From Bdellovibrionales bacterium RIFOXYD12_FULL_39_22 (GTDB taxonomy: Bacteria; Bdellovibrionota; Bacteriovoracia; Bacteriovoracales; Bacteriovoracaceae): a stretch of DNA of 53,615 bases. Below, piece by piece: positions 28,348-37,755 of this stretch (its first letter is position 1; each line of letters begins with the position of its first letter). The translations under genes and the position numbers were made by a program. Under the pieces are notes generated by a model. It searched no databases and was not told the DNA's origin. It was given only the letters and a program-made list of their open reading frames with translations. The DNA lies in assembly GCA_001770205.1 (NCBI GenBank), contig MEQL01000027.1, forward strand, positions 62,001 to 115,615, read 5' to 3'.

Positions 28348-30870
28348 ATGATGGATAAATTATCCGGTATTGTTAAACGCATAACATTTCATAGTCCAGA
28401 GAGTGGCTGGTCTGTTTTAAAAGTTGATGTCTATGGGGTACATGAAGAAGTGGCGGTGACTGTTTATCAATGTCAGGTTTTTGCTGGTGCCACAATGGAT
28501 TTTGAAGGGGAGTGGACGGTCCATCCCAAATTTGGTCGCCAGTTTCGTGCTACAAAAGTTACAGAAAAAAAACCGGCCTCTATTGCTGCCTTAGAGAAAT
28601 ATTTAGGATCTGGATTGATTTTTGGTGTTGGCCCAGTTACTGCCAAGCGAATTGTAAAATATTTTGGAGTGAATGCGCTTGATGTTTTTGAAAATAAAAT
28701 AGAACGCTTAATGGAAGTTGAAGGGATTGCCGAGAAAAAACTAAAGATGATTTCTGAGGCCTGGCAAGAGCATCGTTCTATCAGCAAAGTAATGCTGTTT
28801 TTACAAGGCCATGGCATTAGTACTTTGTTTGCGGTTAAAATTTTCAAACAATATGGAAATGATGCAATAACAACGGTTATGGATAATCCTTATCAGTTGG
28901 CCAATGATATTTTTGGGATTGGTTTTTTTTCTGCAGACAAAATTGCCAATAGTTTGGGAATCGTAGGTGATAATCCTAAGCGAGTGCGAGCGGGAATATT
29001 ACATGTTTTGGCCAGTAGCAGAGAAGCTGGACATTGCTACTTAATTGAATCGCAAATAATAAATGGAGTGGAGGAGTTGTTGGTTATTTCAGTTCCAGAC
29101 TTAGTGCGGTCAATTTTAAAAGAGCTTGAATGTGAAGAGAGCATAAAAGTCAGAATGTTTGCTGGGCAGAAGTGTTATTACTCCAAGCGGATTTTCTATG
29201 ATGAAGATTTCGTGGCAAAAAAAGTAAAGAAATTAGTAAGTAGTAGCGTCTCCGTTGATAGTACCCGAGTTACTAATTGGGTAACTAATTACTGCGCTAA
29301 AAATCAATTGACGCTAAGTGAGGAACAAAAAAAAGCAGTAATTGAGATTACCCAGAATAAGTTTTCCATTTTGACAGGAGGGCCGGGTTGTGGAAAGACC
29401 ACGGCCACTAAAACTTTAGTGGCACTACTTTTGGCCATGAGAAAGCGTGTTTTATTGGCCGCCCCAACGGGGAGAGCGGCACAGCGAATGGGAGAGGTTA
29501 TTGGAATGGGAGTGGAGGCCAAGACTATTCATCGCTTATTAGTTTTTGACCCAAAATCATTCGGTGGATTTAAAAAAAATGAGAAAGAGCCTTTGGAGGC
29601 AGATTTTATAATTATCGATGAGTGTTCCATGTTAGACATTATGCTGTCTGCTTCTTTATTGCGAGCAGTACCAGTGCATGCGCAACTACTTTTTATTGGA
29701 GATCCAGATCAGCTACCTTCTGTAGGAGCAGGCAATGTACTGAAAGATTTGATTTCGGCCCAAACAATTCCGGTGATGCGATTAACACAAGTCTTTAGGC
29801 AGGCGGCCGCTTCAAAAATTATAACTTATGCTCATCAGATTAATCGGGGAGAAATTCCCAAGGTTGATTCGCCATTACACAATTCTCAGTTGTGGAAAAC
29901 GGGAATTGATTGCATGTTTATAGATTCTGATGAATTAACACAAGAACAGATCAGCTTTGTATCTAAAAGCAAACGCTTTATCGAATCACTGGAATATGAT
30001 GAACGAGAGCATACCATCGAACAAAAAAATAAAATTCACAAGATCGATCTAGATGACGAAGGGCGAATTTATTTTGACAATATTTCTGAGGATAAGACAG
30101 ATGCTGACAATTTACAGCTCCATTTTGTAATTCCCCAGAAGTTTAATCATGTGGATCTTGCAAAAATAAAAGAGAGTAGATCAGAGGTAGCAGACCTAAA
30201 AGCGGTTTTAAAAAAAATTCATCCGTGGTCATCAGTACATTTTGGGATGAATGCCACCGCAATGCTTTTAAAAATATATAAAGACTCTGTTCCCAAATAT
30301 TTAGGAAAAGAACGAGAGATTCAGATTCTTACTCCGATGACCAAAGGTTCTCTGGGAACGGCAAATTTGAATAGATTGCTGCAAGAGGAGAGTAATCCCG
30401 CAGCGGCAGATAAAAAGCAGATGAAACTAGGAGATAGAATTTTTAGAATAGGTGATCGAGTAATTCAGAAGCGCAATAATTATGATCTTGAAGTATTTAA
30501 TGGAGATATTGGGAAAATAATTGATCTTGATTTAGAAAGGATGCAGTGTCATGTTCGTTTTGGAGTGAAAAAAGATATTCGTGATGTAATTTATTCCAAA
30601 GAAAATTTAATAGAATTAGATTTGGCCTATGCTATTACCATTCATAAATCCCAAGGAAGTGAGTTTGATGTTGCAATTATTCCGCTAATGACACAACACT
30701 TTAAGATGCTTCATCGTAATTTGATTTATACAGGACTTACCCGCGCAAAAAAAATGGCCATTTTTATTGGTTCACGCCGGGCGCTATCCATGGCGGTACG
30801 CAATCAGGATTCGGCCACCAGACAGACGGGATTGCGAGAGATTCTATTAGATCATTCAATCACAATGTAG
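28348..30870 (+). CDS. recD2: ATP-dependent RecD2-like DNA helicase
   Basis: N-terminal OB/HhH region, TGGPGCGKTT, IIDECSM, GDPDQLPSVG, AYAITIHKSQGSE. Confidence 0.93.
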   Translation: MMDKLSGIVKRITFHSPESGWSVLKVDVYGVHEEVAVTVYQCQVFAGATMDFEGEWTVHPKFGRQFRATKVTEKKPASIAALEKYLGSGLIFGVGPVTAKRIVKYFGVNALDVFENKIERLMEVEGIAEKKLKMISEAWQEHRSISKVMLFLQGHGISTLFAVKIFKQYGNDAITTVMDNPYQLANDIFGIGFFSADKIANSLGIVGDNPKRVRAGILHVLASSREAGHCYLIESQIINGVEELLVISVPDLVRSILKELECEESIKVRMFAGQKCYYSKRIFYDEDFVAKKVKKLVSSSVSVDSTRVTNWVTNYCAKNQLTLSEEQKKAVIEITQNKFSILTGGPGCGKTTATKTLVALLLAMRKRVLLAAPTGRAAQRMGEVIGMGVEAKTIHRLLVFDPKSFGGFKKNEKEPLEADFIIIDECSMLDIMLSASLLRAVPVHAQLLFIGDPDQLPSVGAGNVLKDLISAQTIPVMRLTQVFRQAAASKIITYAHQINRGEIPKVDSPLHNSQLWKTGIDCMFIDSDELTQEQISFVSKSKRFIESLEYDEREHTIEQKNKIHKIDLDDEGRIYFDNISEDKTDADNLQLHFVIPQKFNHVDLAKIKESRSEVADLKAVLKKIHPWSSVHFGMNATAMLLKIYKDSVPKYLGKEREIQILTPMTKGSLGTANLNRLLQEESNPAAADKKQMKLGDRIFRIGDRVIQKRNNYDLEVFNGDIGKIIDLDLERMQCHVRFGVKKDIRDVIYSKENLIELDLAYAITIHKSQGSEFDVAIIPLMTQHFKMLHRNLIYTGLTRAKKMAIFIGSRRALSMAVRNQDSATRQTGLREILLDHSITM

Positions 30871-32069
30871 TTATCTACTACCCAGCGAGAGAAGGCAAAA
30901 CTACAAGTAAATGCTGGAGATACGGCATTTAAAATATGCACAGAAGTTGCGTCAGATTCCACGACAAAATCTTGCACCAGTTCCCGTGTACGGGTATCCA
31001 TTAATTGGGCACGAATACCTGGTGTGCTCCAATGATCAAATCCGCGGCCATCGATTTTATGAACTAGTTTTTTTGCCAAGCTAATAAAGTAAAAGCGATT
31101 ATATTTTTTTACTTCTTCAAAAACTAGAGAGCGAAAGTTAAAAGAGTTAAAGATAAAGAGGAGGATTTCATTTAAGAGGATGACACGCAATTCTTTAAAA
31201 TTAAAATTTTTAAATCCCTGATAATTTTCACGCCAAAAGGCCGGAATGGCCGTAGGGCCAATTTTTATCGTCTTGTCAGCGGTTATAGTATAGTGCACTC
31301 CTAAAAATGGATTTTTTAAATTGGGCACGGGATAAATATTCATTTTAATCGGCATGTCACTTTTGGAATACTTAAGGTAAATGCCCTTGAAGGGAATAAT
31401 GGTGTAGTGCTGAGAGTGTCCAAAGTCAGCTGCCACTTTATCAGCATAAAGTCCTGCGCAATTTATTATTTTCTTGGAACAAAAGGATAGATTTTTATTG
31501 GTGATAATAACATTGTCTTCATTCTGCCTTTTGAAATAGGCATTATTAAAGAAAAAATTAACACCCTTGCTGAGTAAATCGCGTTTGATTGCCTGGCAAA
31601 TTTCGATAGGATCAATCGAGGCAGTGGTTGGTGAGAATAGTGCATGCTGGTAGGTTTTGGCATTTGGCTCTATTTTTTTTAATTGAACATCATCGATAAG
31701 TGTTACTTCTATTTGATTGGCCTTGCCTCTTTTCTCTAATTCTAAAAGTGCTTTGTGATCTTTTTTATTTTTTGCAACAACTACTTTGCCACACTTATTT
31801 ATTTTAAGATTATGTTTGGCGCAATACTCCTGCATTAATCTGTTTCCATCCTTGGTAAATTTTGCCTTGAGAGAGTGTTCCGAATAATAAAACCCGGAAT
31901 GAAGAACGCCGCTATTTCTTCCGCTACTGTGTTGGGCAACATCATCTTCTTTTTCAATTATGTTTATAGAGGCAGTAGGAATTTTTTCCTTAAGGGCATA
32001 GGCAATAGTTAGGCCTATTATGCCAGATCCAATAATTAAATAATCAGAATAATAGTTATAATTGGCCAT
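30852..32069 (-). CDS. lhgO: L-2-hydroxyglutarate oxidase family FAD oxidoreductase
   Basis: IIGSGIIG, HSSGRNSGVLHSG, YPVPN..PFLGVH, GIRAQ, NAVSPAFT. Confidence 0.88.
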   Translation of the reverse strand: MANYNYYSDYLIIGSGIIGLTIAYALKEKIPTASINIIEKEDDVAQHSSGRNSGVLHSGFYYSEHSLKAKFTKDGNRLMQEYCAKHNLKINKCGKVVVAKNKKDHKALLELEKRGKANQIEVTLIDDVQLKKIEPNAKTYQHALFSPTTASIDPIEICQAIKRDLLSKGVNFFFNNAYFKRQNEDNVIITNKNLSFCSKKIINCAGLYADKVAADFGHSQHYTIIPFKGIYLKYSKSDMPIKMNIYPVPNLKNPFLGVHYTITADKTIKIGPTAIPAFWRENYQGFKNFNFKELRVILLNEILLFIFNSFNFRSLVFEEVKKYNRFYFISLAKKLVHKIDGRGFDHWSTPGIRAQLMDTRTRELVQDFVVESDATSVHILNAVSPAFTCSFAFSRWVVDNYIVIE

Positions 32070-32284
32070 AATATTCCAACCTAATACCTTTGTGGATATT
32101 TAAACATTACGCTGCTAAAAGGATATACAATTAGCGCTTAAAGACAACTTCTAAAAAACTGACATTTATGCTCCACTATGCGCGAGTGGATAGATGAAGA
32201 ATTTATGCCTATTGAGTGTCGCGTTAGATCATTTTATAATAAATCTCAAGTCGGTCAGTTGCCGTTATATGAAAGGTGGAAGGA

Positions 32285-32692
32285 ATGGAAAATACTTTTG
32301 ATCAAATTTTGAAACTCTCGACAACAACTTTTCAAAATTACGAACATGAAATTATTCACCCTGGGCGGCCAACCGTTTGGCATTTTATGGCCATTAATAA
32401 AAGAAGTAGAAAAAATTATTTGGTATATTGCGTAACTGCCATAAAGAAAGTTGCTCCATTAATCGATATGGCGCTAGAGCAAAAAGACAAACATAGTCGG
32501 TTAGTCGTGGTCTGCAAATCCTGCGAGCAAGAAGATTTGCAGGTGGCCAAAGAAAAAAATTACTGCCTTGTTACCTCTCAAACTTTGGATGATTATAATT
32601 ACGATATGACGGTAGCTAAGTTGGCAACCGGAAAAGTTTCTACAAGCGATCTGGGAATTGTGGATTTTGGTCGAGTTATCACTAAGCAGTAG
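32285..32692 (+). CDS. Hypothetical protein, possibly a degenerate restriction-endonuclease-like fold
   Basis: 135 aa ORF with GGAAGG upstream; alpha/beta pattern only, no clear PD-(D/E)xK. Confidence 0.55.
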   Translation: MENTFDQILKLSTTTFQNYEHEIIHPGRPTVWHFMAINKRSRKNYLVYCVTAIKKVAPLIDMALEQKDKHSRLVVVCKSCEQEDLQVAKEKNYCLVTSQTLDDYNYDMTVAKLATGKVSTSDLGIVDFGRVITKQ

Positions 32693-32709
32693 TTCAGCAG
32701 AGAAGAAAT

Positions 32710-33513
32710 TTATTTTATCGAGCAAAGTTTTTTAGAAAATTCAATAAATCCACCGCCGCTTTTTTTATCCGTAATCCAAGTTGGTTTGGCCACAAGTGTA
32801 TCAATAAATTTTTTAATATTGGCAACGGCAACGCTATAGTCAAAGGCCTCAAAAAGAGGGGCGTCATTAGGAGAATCTCCAATGAAAATAAACTCACTCC
32901 ATTTGAATCTATCTTTTAAAATGCTGGAAGCATATTCACTTGCAAGCCACGTGCGGAGACCTAATGCCTTGTCATAATCTCCAAACCAAGTATTGACATG
33001 TATGCTGGAGAGTTTTGCATGAGCACCTTCTTGCGCGCAAAAATCCATTAACGCTTTAATATCATTTTCACCCCAAGGTGGAACATCTTCGCAAATGTCA
33101 ATTGCGAGATCATATTCTCTATACTTTTGATCAGAAGCAAATTGAACATGTGGAAATTTTTTTTTAATTTTCTCTCCCAATTGGGCCAGACGGGGTTGTG
33201 CATTGGCCAAAAAAAGATGGCCCAAAGTATCAAAGCGGCAACGGCGGCCGTTCATCATGAAAAAAGTAAAGGCCCCATTTTCTCCTACCACGGCGTCAAC
33301 TGGCCAGAAACGGGCAATATGATCACACCAAGAAGCGGGCCTTCCAGTAAGCGGGATTAAATAGTATCCATGTTTTTTTAGATCCCACATGGCCTTAAAT
33401 GCTGGAGCAGTTAGCTTGCCTTCAGTTGTTACTGTATCATCAATATCAAAACAGACGATTTTAATATTGTTCAAAGTTTTTATCGGGGCCTTACTCCATA
33501 GCATAACCATCAT
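32710..33513 (-). CDS. HAD-IIB family hydrolase
   Basis: FDIDDT, LTGRP, GENG, IGDSPND. Confidence 0.9.
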   Translation of the reverse strand: MMVMLWSKAPIKTLNNIKIVCFDIDDTVTTEGKLTAPAFKAMWDLKKHGYYLIPLTGRPASWCDHIARFWPVDAVVGENGAFTFFMMNGRRCRFDTLGHLFLANAQPRLAQLGEKIKKKFPHVQFASDQKYREYDLAIDICEDVPPWGENDIKALMDFCAQEGAHAKLSSIHVNTWFGDYDKALGLRTWLASEYASSILKDRFKWSEFIFIGDSPNDAPLFEAFDYSVAVANIKKFIDTLVAKPTWITDKKSGGGFIEFSKKLCSIK

Positions 33514-33558
33514 TATTCTCCAGTCATTTTATTATGGAGCAATCTTAGCATTTAGAAT

Positions 33559-34401
33559 TCAGAATGTATTTATTTGAAGTAAATTTCCTTGCAATTGCAT
33601 GATGTGTTCCTCCACTATTGTCAAGGTTCCACTTCTGGCCTTTGCTTCCTTAACCAACATGGAAAGTCCGCGACAGCATGGTACCTCCATAATGACTACG
33701 ATGACTTTCGGGATTTGATTTGCCTTAAAAATTTCGCTTAATTTTTCAATATAGGAGGAGGTATCGTCTAATTTGGGACACGCCACCACTACCGAGCGGC
33801 CGCGTAAATAGCGCCAATGAATGTCCGCAGATGCCACGGGAGAACAAGTGCTAAGTACCACTAATTCTTTTTCGTTAAAATACGGGGCATGGGGTGATAC
33901 TAGATGCAATTGAACTGGCCATTGTTGCAGCTCAGAGGGGATAGCACTCATTCCAATAGTTGAACTATTAGAGATGGAGGAGGACCTTTTTTTCTCGCTA
34001 GCTAAATCTCGGGCCTTGCTTCCAGGACAACCTCCTCCTCCGTGATGATGGTGGCCATCTGCGAGTGCGCTAGCTTGTTTATGTTCGATGCCGTGTGAAC
34101 GATGAATCCCATTATGTTTTGCTTGTGCTGACTCCATTTTTTTTACGGCCTCGGCACCTTGAGTTTTTAGTAGGTTTTGTTTGGTGGCCTCTTCATCAAA
34201 CGCTACACTATCTCTTTCTTCTATAATCAATGCTCCCGTGGGACAAGCACCAACACAATCTCCAAAACCATCGCAAAAATCCTCTCGGACTAATTTTGCC
34301 TTACCATTTACAATTTGTAATGCTCCCTCAGAGCAGCCAATGACGCAGTCTCCACAACCGTTGCATAAATCTTCGTTGATAGTTATAATTTTTCTTTTCA
34401 T
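33559..34401 (-). CDS. 2x[4Fe-4S] ferredoxin-domain protein
   Basis: CNGCGDC...C, CDGFGDC...CP, His-rich linker, GCPGS, QWPVQL, CPKLD, MEVPCC. Confidence 0.88.
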   Translation of the reverse strand: MKRKIITINEDLCNGCGDCVIGCSEGALQIVNGKAKLVREDFCDGFGDCVGACPTGALIIEERDSVAFDEEATKQNLLKTQGAEAVKKMESAQAKHNGIHRSHGIEHKQASALADGHHHHGGGGCPGSKARDLASEKKRSSSISNSSTIGMSAIPSELQQWPVQLHLVSPHAPYFNEKELVVLSTCSPVASADIHWRYLRGRSVVVACPKLDDTSSYIEKLSEIFKANQIPKVIVVIMEVPCCRGLSMLVKEAKARSGTLTIVEEHIMQLQGNLLQINTF

Positions 34402-34435
34402 CTGATTTCTTCCTCCAAGTTTATTAGCTCTAGAA

Positions 34436-34477
34436 ACCTTATCTCACTTGTTGCCTTTTTAAATTGATTTAAATCAA
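34436..34477 (-). promoter_or_regulatory. FNR/Dnr/HcpR-type box with class II promoter geometry
   Basis: Perfect TTGAT-TTAA-ATCAA at 34464-34477. Minus-strand TAAGGT at 34441-34436 falls at -12..-7 if the box is centred at -41.5. Confidence 0.8.
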
Positions 34478-34545
34478 GAAATAGAAATAAAATTTAAAAA
34501 TATTTTAGATAGACCATATTTGTATCAAATAACGGATAGAATAAT

Positions 34546-35223
34546 TTACAGAAGTGTTTGAAATTTTTCCAAATCGCATATAGCAAAAACTCCTTCAGAT
34601 TCTGTCAAATATCCTTTATTTTTTAATCCAGTTAGGGCACGAGACAGAGTTTCGGGAATGGTTCCTAGCAATGAGGCAAGTTCCTTTTTCGAAACGTTTA
34701 ATTCGCAGTAATTAATTGCTCCTTTCTTTTTGCTATTGCGAATAATATATTTTACCAGCCGTTGCTCTAAATCTTTCAGAGTAAAATCTTCAATCATGGA
34801 GACAAACATTCTCAGGCGTCGTGAGTAGGATCCCATAATTTTGAGGGCCACTTCCGGATTTTTCATAATAAGTGAAACAAATGCATCTTTAGGTATTTTG
34901 ACAAGAGTGCAATTTTGCAGGGCGATGCCATTGGCCGGATATTTTTGTTTATCAAAAATGGCTCCCTCTGCAATGATATCTCCGGATTGATGGATGTGCA
35001 AAATTTGCTCGGAGCCTTCATCTGAAATTTTATAAATCTTAATCATGCCATTAATTAAGACAAAAAAGGCCAAGGCCTCCATGCCATCTGAAAAGAGCAG
35101 TTCTCCTCGAACAATATCCACCCGCAATGATTCTGCCGCAATCTGTTCAATGCTCGTACTGTCTAAATTTGAAAACAAAAACGTATTATGCAAAATATTT
35201 TGGAGGTTAAAGGTTTTTTCCAT
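34546..35223 (-). CDS. Crp/Fnr family regulator (Dnr/HcpR-like)
   Basis: cNMP-binding domain plus HTH 'LASLLGTIPETLSR'; no N-terminal FNR Cys cluster. Confidence 0.92.
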   Translation of the reverse strand: MEKTFNLQNILHNTFLFSNLDSTSIEQIAAESLRVDIVRGELLFSDGMEALAFFVLINGMIKIYKISDEGSEQILHIHQSGDIIAEGAIFDKQKYPANGIALQNCTLVKIPKDAFVSLIMKNPEVALKIMGSYSRRLRMFVSMIEDFTLKDLEQRLVKYIIRNSKKKGAINYCELNVSKKELASLLGTIPETLSRALTGLKNKGYLTESEGVFAICDLEKFQTLL

Positions 35224-35290
35224 CGGCCTTCAAGTTATACTCACGATTAAGAGAATAGTCATCAATTTTATAAATAAGATATTAGAATTC

Positions 35291-35319
35291 GGCGTACTGA
35301 AACAACAGGCGTACTGAAA
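35291..35319 (+). repeat. 12-bp direct repeat GGCGTACTGAAA x2
   Basis: Copies at 35291-35302 and 35308-35319. Confidence 0.85.
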
Positions 35320-35421
35320 ACTGTCAACTTATTAGACAGCAAAACAACCCTTCCATATAAGAATTTCAAACGACTTTTTTTGATAACCAAGTTTGCAGCA
35401 CAATTGTTGTATAATTGATAG

Positions 35422-36528
35422 ATGATATTGAAATTTGTAATGGCCATTATCATTTTGCTACTGTTATTGCCAAGCATTGGCCGTGGATTTTCTTCGACAG
35501 GAGAGATGAATTCTCTTGAGATGTGTATTAAAAATAAATTTTCCAGAGCTAGTGCGTTTGAGGTGGCCAATGCAGAAAAAGAGGAGTGTGTTCGAAACTA
35601 CTTTTTAACACCTCCTCCTGGCAAAACTTTGAGAGAGTGTATTGATTCCGTAAAGCAATTTTCCCGGGAAAATACAAGTCTATTTTCGTTAGTTCTTGAA
35701 AAAACTGGGGAATTAAAATGTTTAAAATTATTTAGACAGGACATTTCCGGGCTGGATTGTCTGAGTCAGGCCAGTTCTAGTTTTAACGGTAAATTGGAAA
35801 AGATTGTTTTGCAATATTGTCTAGATACTGACAACGGAAATATGTCACTTGATGACTGCCTTCGCTATCAGTCAGCTAGAAGTATGAGAAGTTGGGAGGA
35901 CTCATTTCAAAACAAGTTGCTTTGTGTGGAAAAAATAGCACCAAATGTTTCGCATCTGGAGTGTCTTGCAAAAGTGGATCAATATTTAAATTATAGAAGT
36001 TTTTTTCTGGATGAAAGTTTTAAAAGTTATTACGAAATGGCACTTTCTGTTTGTCGCGGGATTAATGATGGTAATCTTTCCTACTGCACACCAAAAGATG
36101 CCGCCTGGGCGGCCATATTATCTGGTGACGCTGGAGAACATGGGAGTATTATCCGGCAACGCGATACAAGCTTCGCGTATGCGAAATTGCTAGACAGTGA
36201 TTGGGAAGTTGTGGCGGAGTATGAAATTTTTAATTCCGCCTCAGAGATTGCGTCCAACAATATTATTAATCCCTCCGGTGCTGGTAAAAATTCATGGGTA
36301 GAGCTAGGGATTTTAGACAGGGATAATTTTTCTGATGCGTCTATTTTTGTCGGATTTGTTAAAGATGAAAAAAAACAAGAAGTGGGATTGTTTTATAAGC
36401 GATCTAAGTTTGATGAGAAAGTTTTGGCAATTCATGAAAATCATTTGAAATTTAAGGGGCCACTTTTTGCTACTGATCCGCTCTGCCGAGCCTTATATCG
36501 GAAATCGTATTTTTCGCCTGGACACTAA
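35422..36528 (+). CDS. Secreted Cys-rich repeat hypothetical protein
   Basis: Signal peptide; recurring L(D/E)C(L/I)...C units in the N-terminal two thirds. Confidence 0.75.
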   Translation: MILKFVMAIIILLLLLPSIGRGFSSTGEMNSLEMCIKNKFSRASAFEVANAEKEECVRNYFLTPPPGKTLRECIDSVKQFSRENTSLFSLVLEKTGELKCLKLFRQDISGLDCLSQASSSFNGKLEKIVLQYCLDTDNGNMSLDDCLRYQSARSMRSWEDSFQNKLLCVEKIAPNVSHLECLAKVDQYLNYRSFFLDESFKSYYEMALSVCRGINDGNLSYCTPKDAAWAAILSGDAGEHGSIIRQRDTSFAYAKLLDSDWEVVAEYEIFNSASEIASNNIINPSGAGKNSWVELGILDRDNFSDASIFVGFVKDEKKQEVGLFYKRSKFDEKVLAIHENHLKFKGPLFATDPLCRALYRKSYFSPGH

Positions 36529-36588
36529 TAATGCTGCAGTGCTCAGAAAAAGAATGACGTATCTTTTAAGGAAGAGTATTTTTGTACT

Positions 36589-37251
36589 ATGGAAAAAATA
36601 ATTTATTCCATCCTCTATTTTTTTCTCAGGTTTCTTGATTGGTCATATCGCTATACGTATCTAAATGCAGAAAATATTAATTTAGCAAAGGCCAAACATC
36701 CGCAAGGCGTCTATCTTCTAGCGGCCTGGCACCAGAGTTTAATCCCCCTAATACTCTTTCTTCCTAAGTCTCGTTATGTTGCGTTAGTTAGTGCATCCAA
36801 AGATGGAGAATATGTTGCTCAGACGCTAATAAATTTTGGCCAACTGCCTGTTCGCGGTAGTTCAACAAGAGGAGGAAAGGCCGGAATGATGCAAATGTTG
36901 CGCGAGTTAAAAAATGGATTACCTGGAGTTATGACTATTGATGGGCCACGAGGGCCGGCCAGAGAGGCCAAGGCCGGGATTATTCAAATGGCCAAAATTT
37001 CAGGAGGTACAATAGTTCCATTTTCGGCCATGCCACAGCATTTTTTTTGCTTTAAAAAAAGTTGGGATCAATTTCGCTTACCTTATCCATTTTCTAAAAT
37101 CATTATCAATATTGGGACTCCGATCTTTGTTGATAAAGATATCGACGAAGACGGCCACAATAAGGCCAAAAACCAACTGGAAGAGGCCATTAATCTAGGT
37201 GAGTTGACCTGTGCTACTTACTTAAATAATCGTTCTAAAATGGCCGACTAA
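36589..37251 (+). CDS. DUF374 / lysophospholipid acyltransferase family protein
   Basis: AAWH, S.SKDGE, VRGSSTRGG, DGPRGP, SWD.F.LP.PFS. Confidence 0.9.
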   Translation: MEKIIYSILYFFLRFLDWSYRYTYLNAENINLAKAKHPQGVYLLAAWHQSLIPLILFLPKSRYVALVSASKDGEYVAQTLINFGQLPVRGSSTRGGKAGMMQMLRELKNGLPGVMTIDGPRGPAREAKAGIIQMAKISGGTIVPFSAMPQHFFCFKKSWDQFRLPYPFSKIIINIGTPIFVDKDIDEDGHNKAKNQLEEAINLGELTCATYLNNRSKMAD

Positions 37252-37374
37252 TGTTCTTTATATCATTTTTTCACTTCTAGCTACTCTCATTACTCTAATG
37301 TTACTTCCACTATTTACGATAAGTGTTGAAGAAGGTGTCCTCTATTATCATCATTAACGACAAGTGAGGGAGAG

Positions 37375-37689
37375 ATGTTGGGATTAAAGAAAAACAAAAT
37401 TTTACCAATTGAAATTGAAACGCAAGATTTAACACCATCGCAAATCAGATTAATTAAATCACTAAATTCGATGCTTCTACATGTTATAACCACCGATGAA
37501 GAGTCAGAATTTTTTGAAGGCTCGGCAGAGTTTATGCGCATGTGTGCAGCATTAATCAAACAGGCGCGCTTTGCAGAACATCTTAAAGGGGTTGATGATA
37601 TTCCATATGCGGAGCAGGCCCTAGAATATTCGATGGATCTTTTGCAGGAGAATTTTTTAAAATCAAAAATTATTAATTACGACAATTAG
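37375..37689 (+). CDS. Small acidic helical hypothetical protein
   Basis: 104 aa ORF with strong RBS GAGGGAG. Confidence 0.75.
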   Translation: MLGLKKNKILPIEIETQDLTPSQIRLIKSLNSMLLHVITTDEESEFFEGSAEFMRMCAALIKQARFAEHLKGVDDIPYAEQALEYSMDLLQENFLKSKIINYDN

Positions 37690-37755
37690 AAAAAGATGCG
37701 TTATCTGCATCGATTGCTGTTTGCAAAAAAACGGTTATCTGCCAACGTTATTTTT

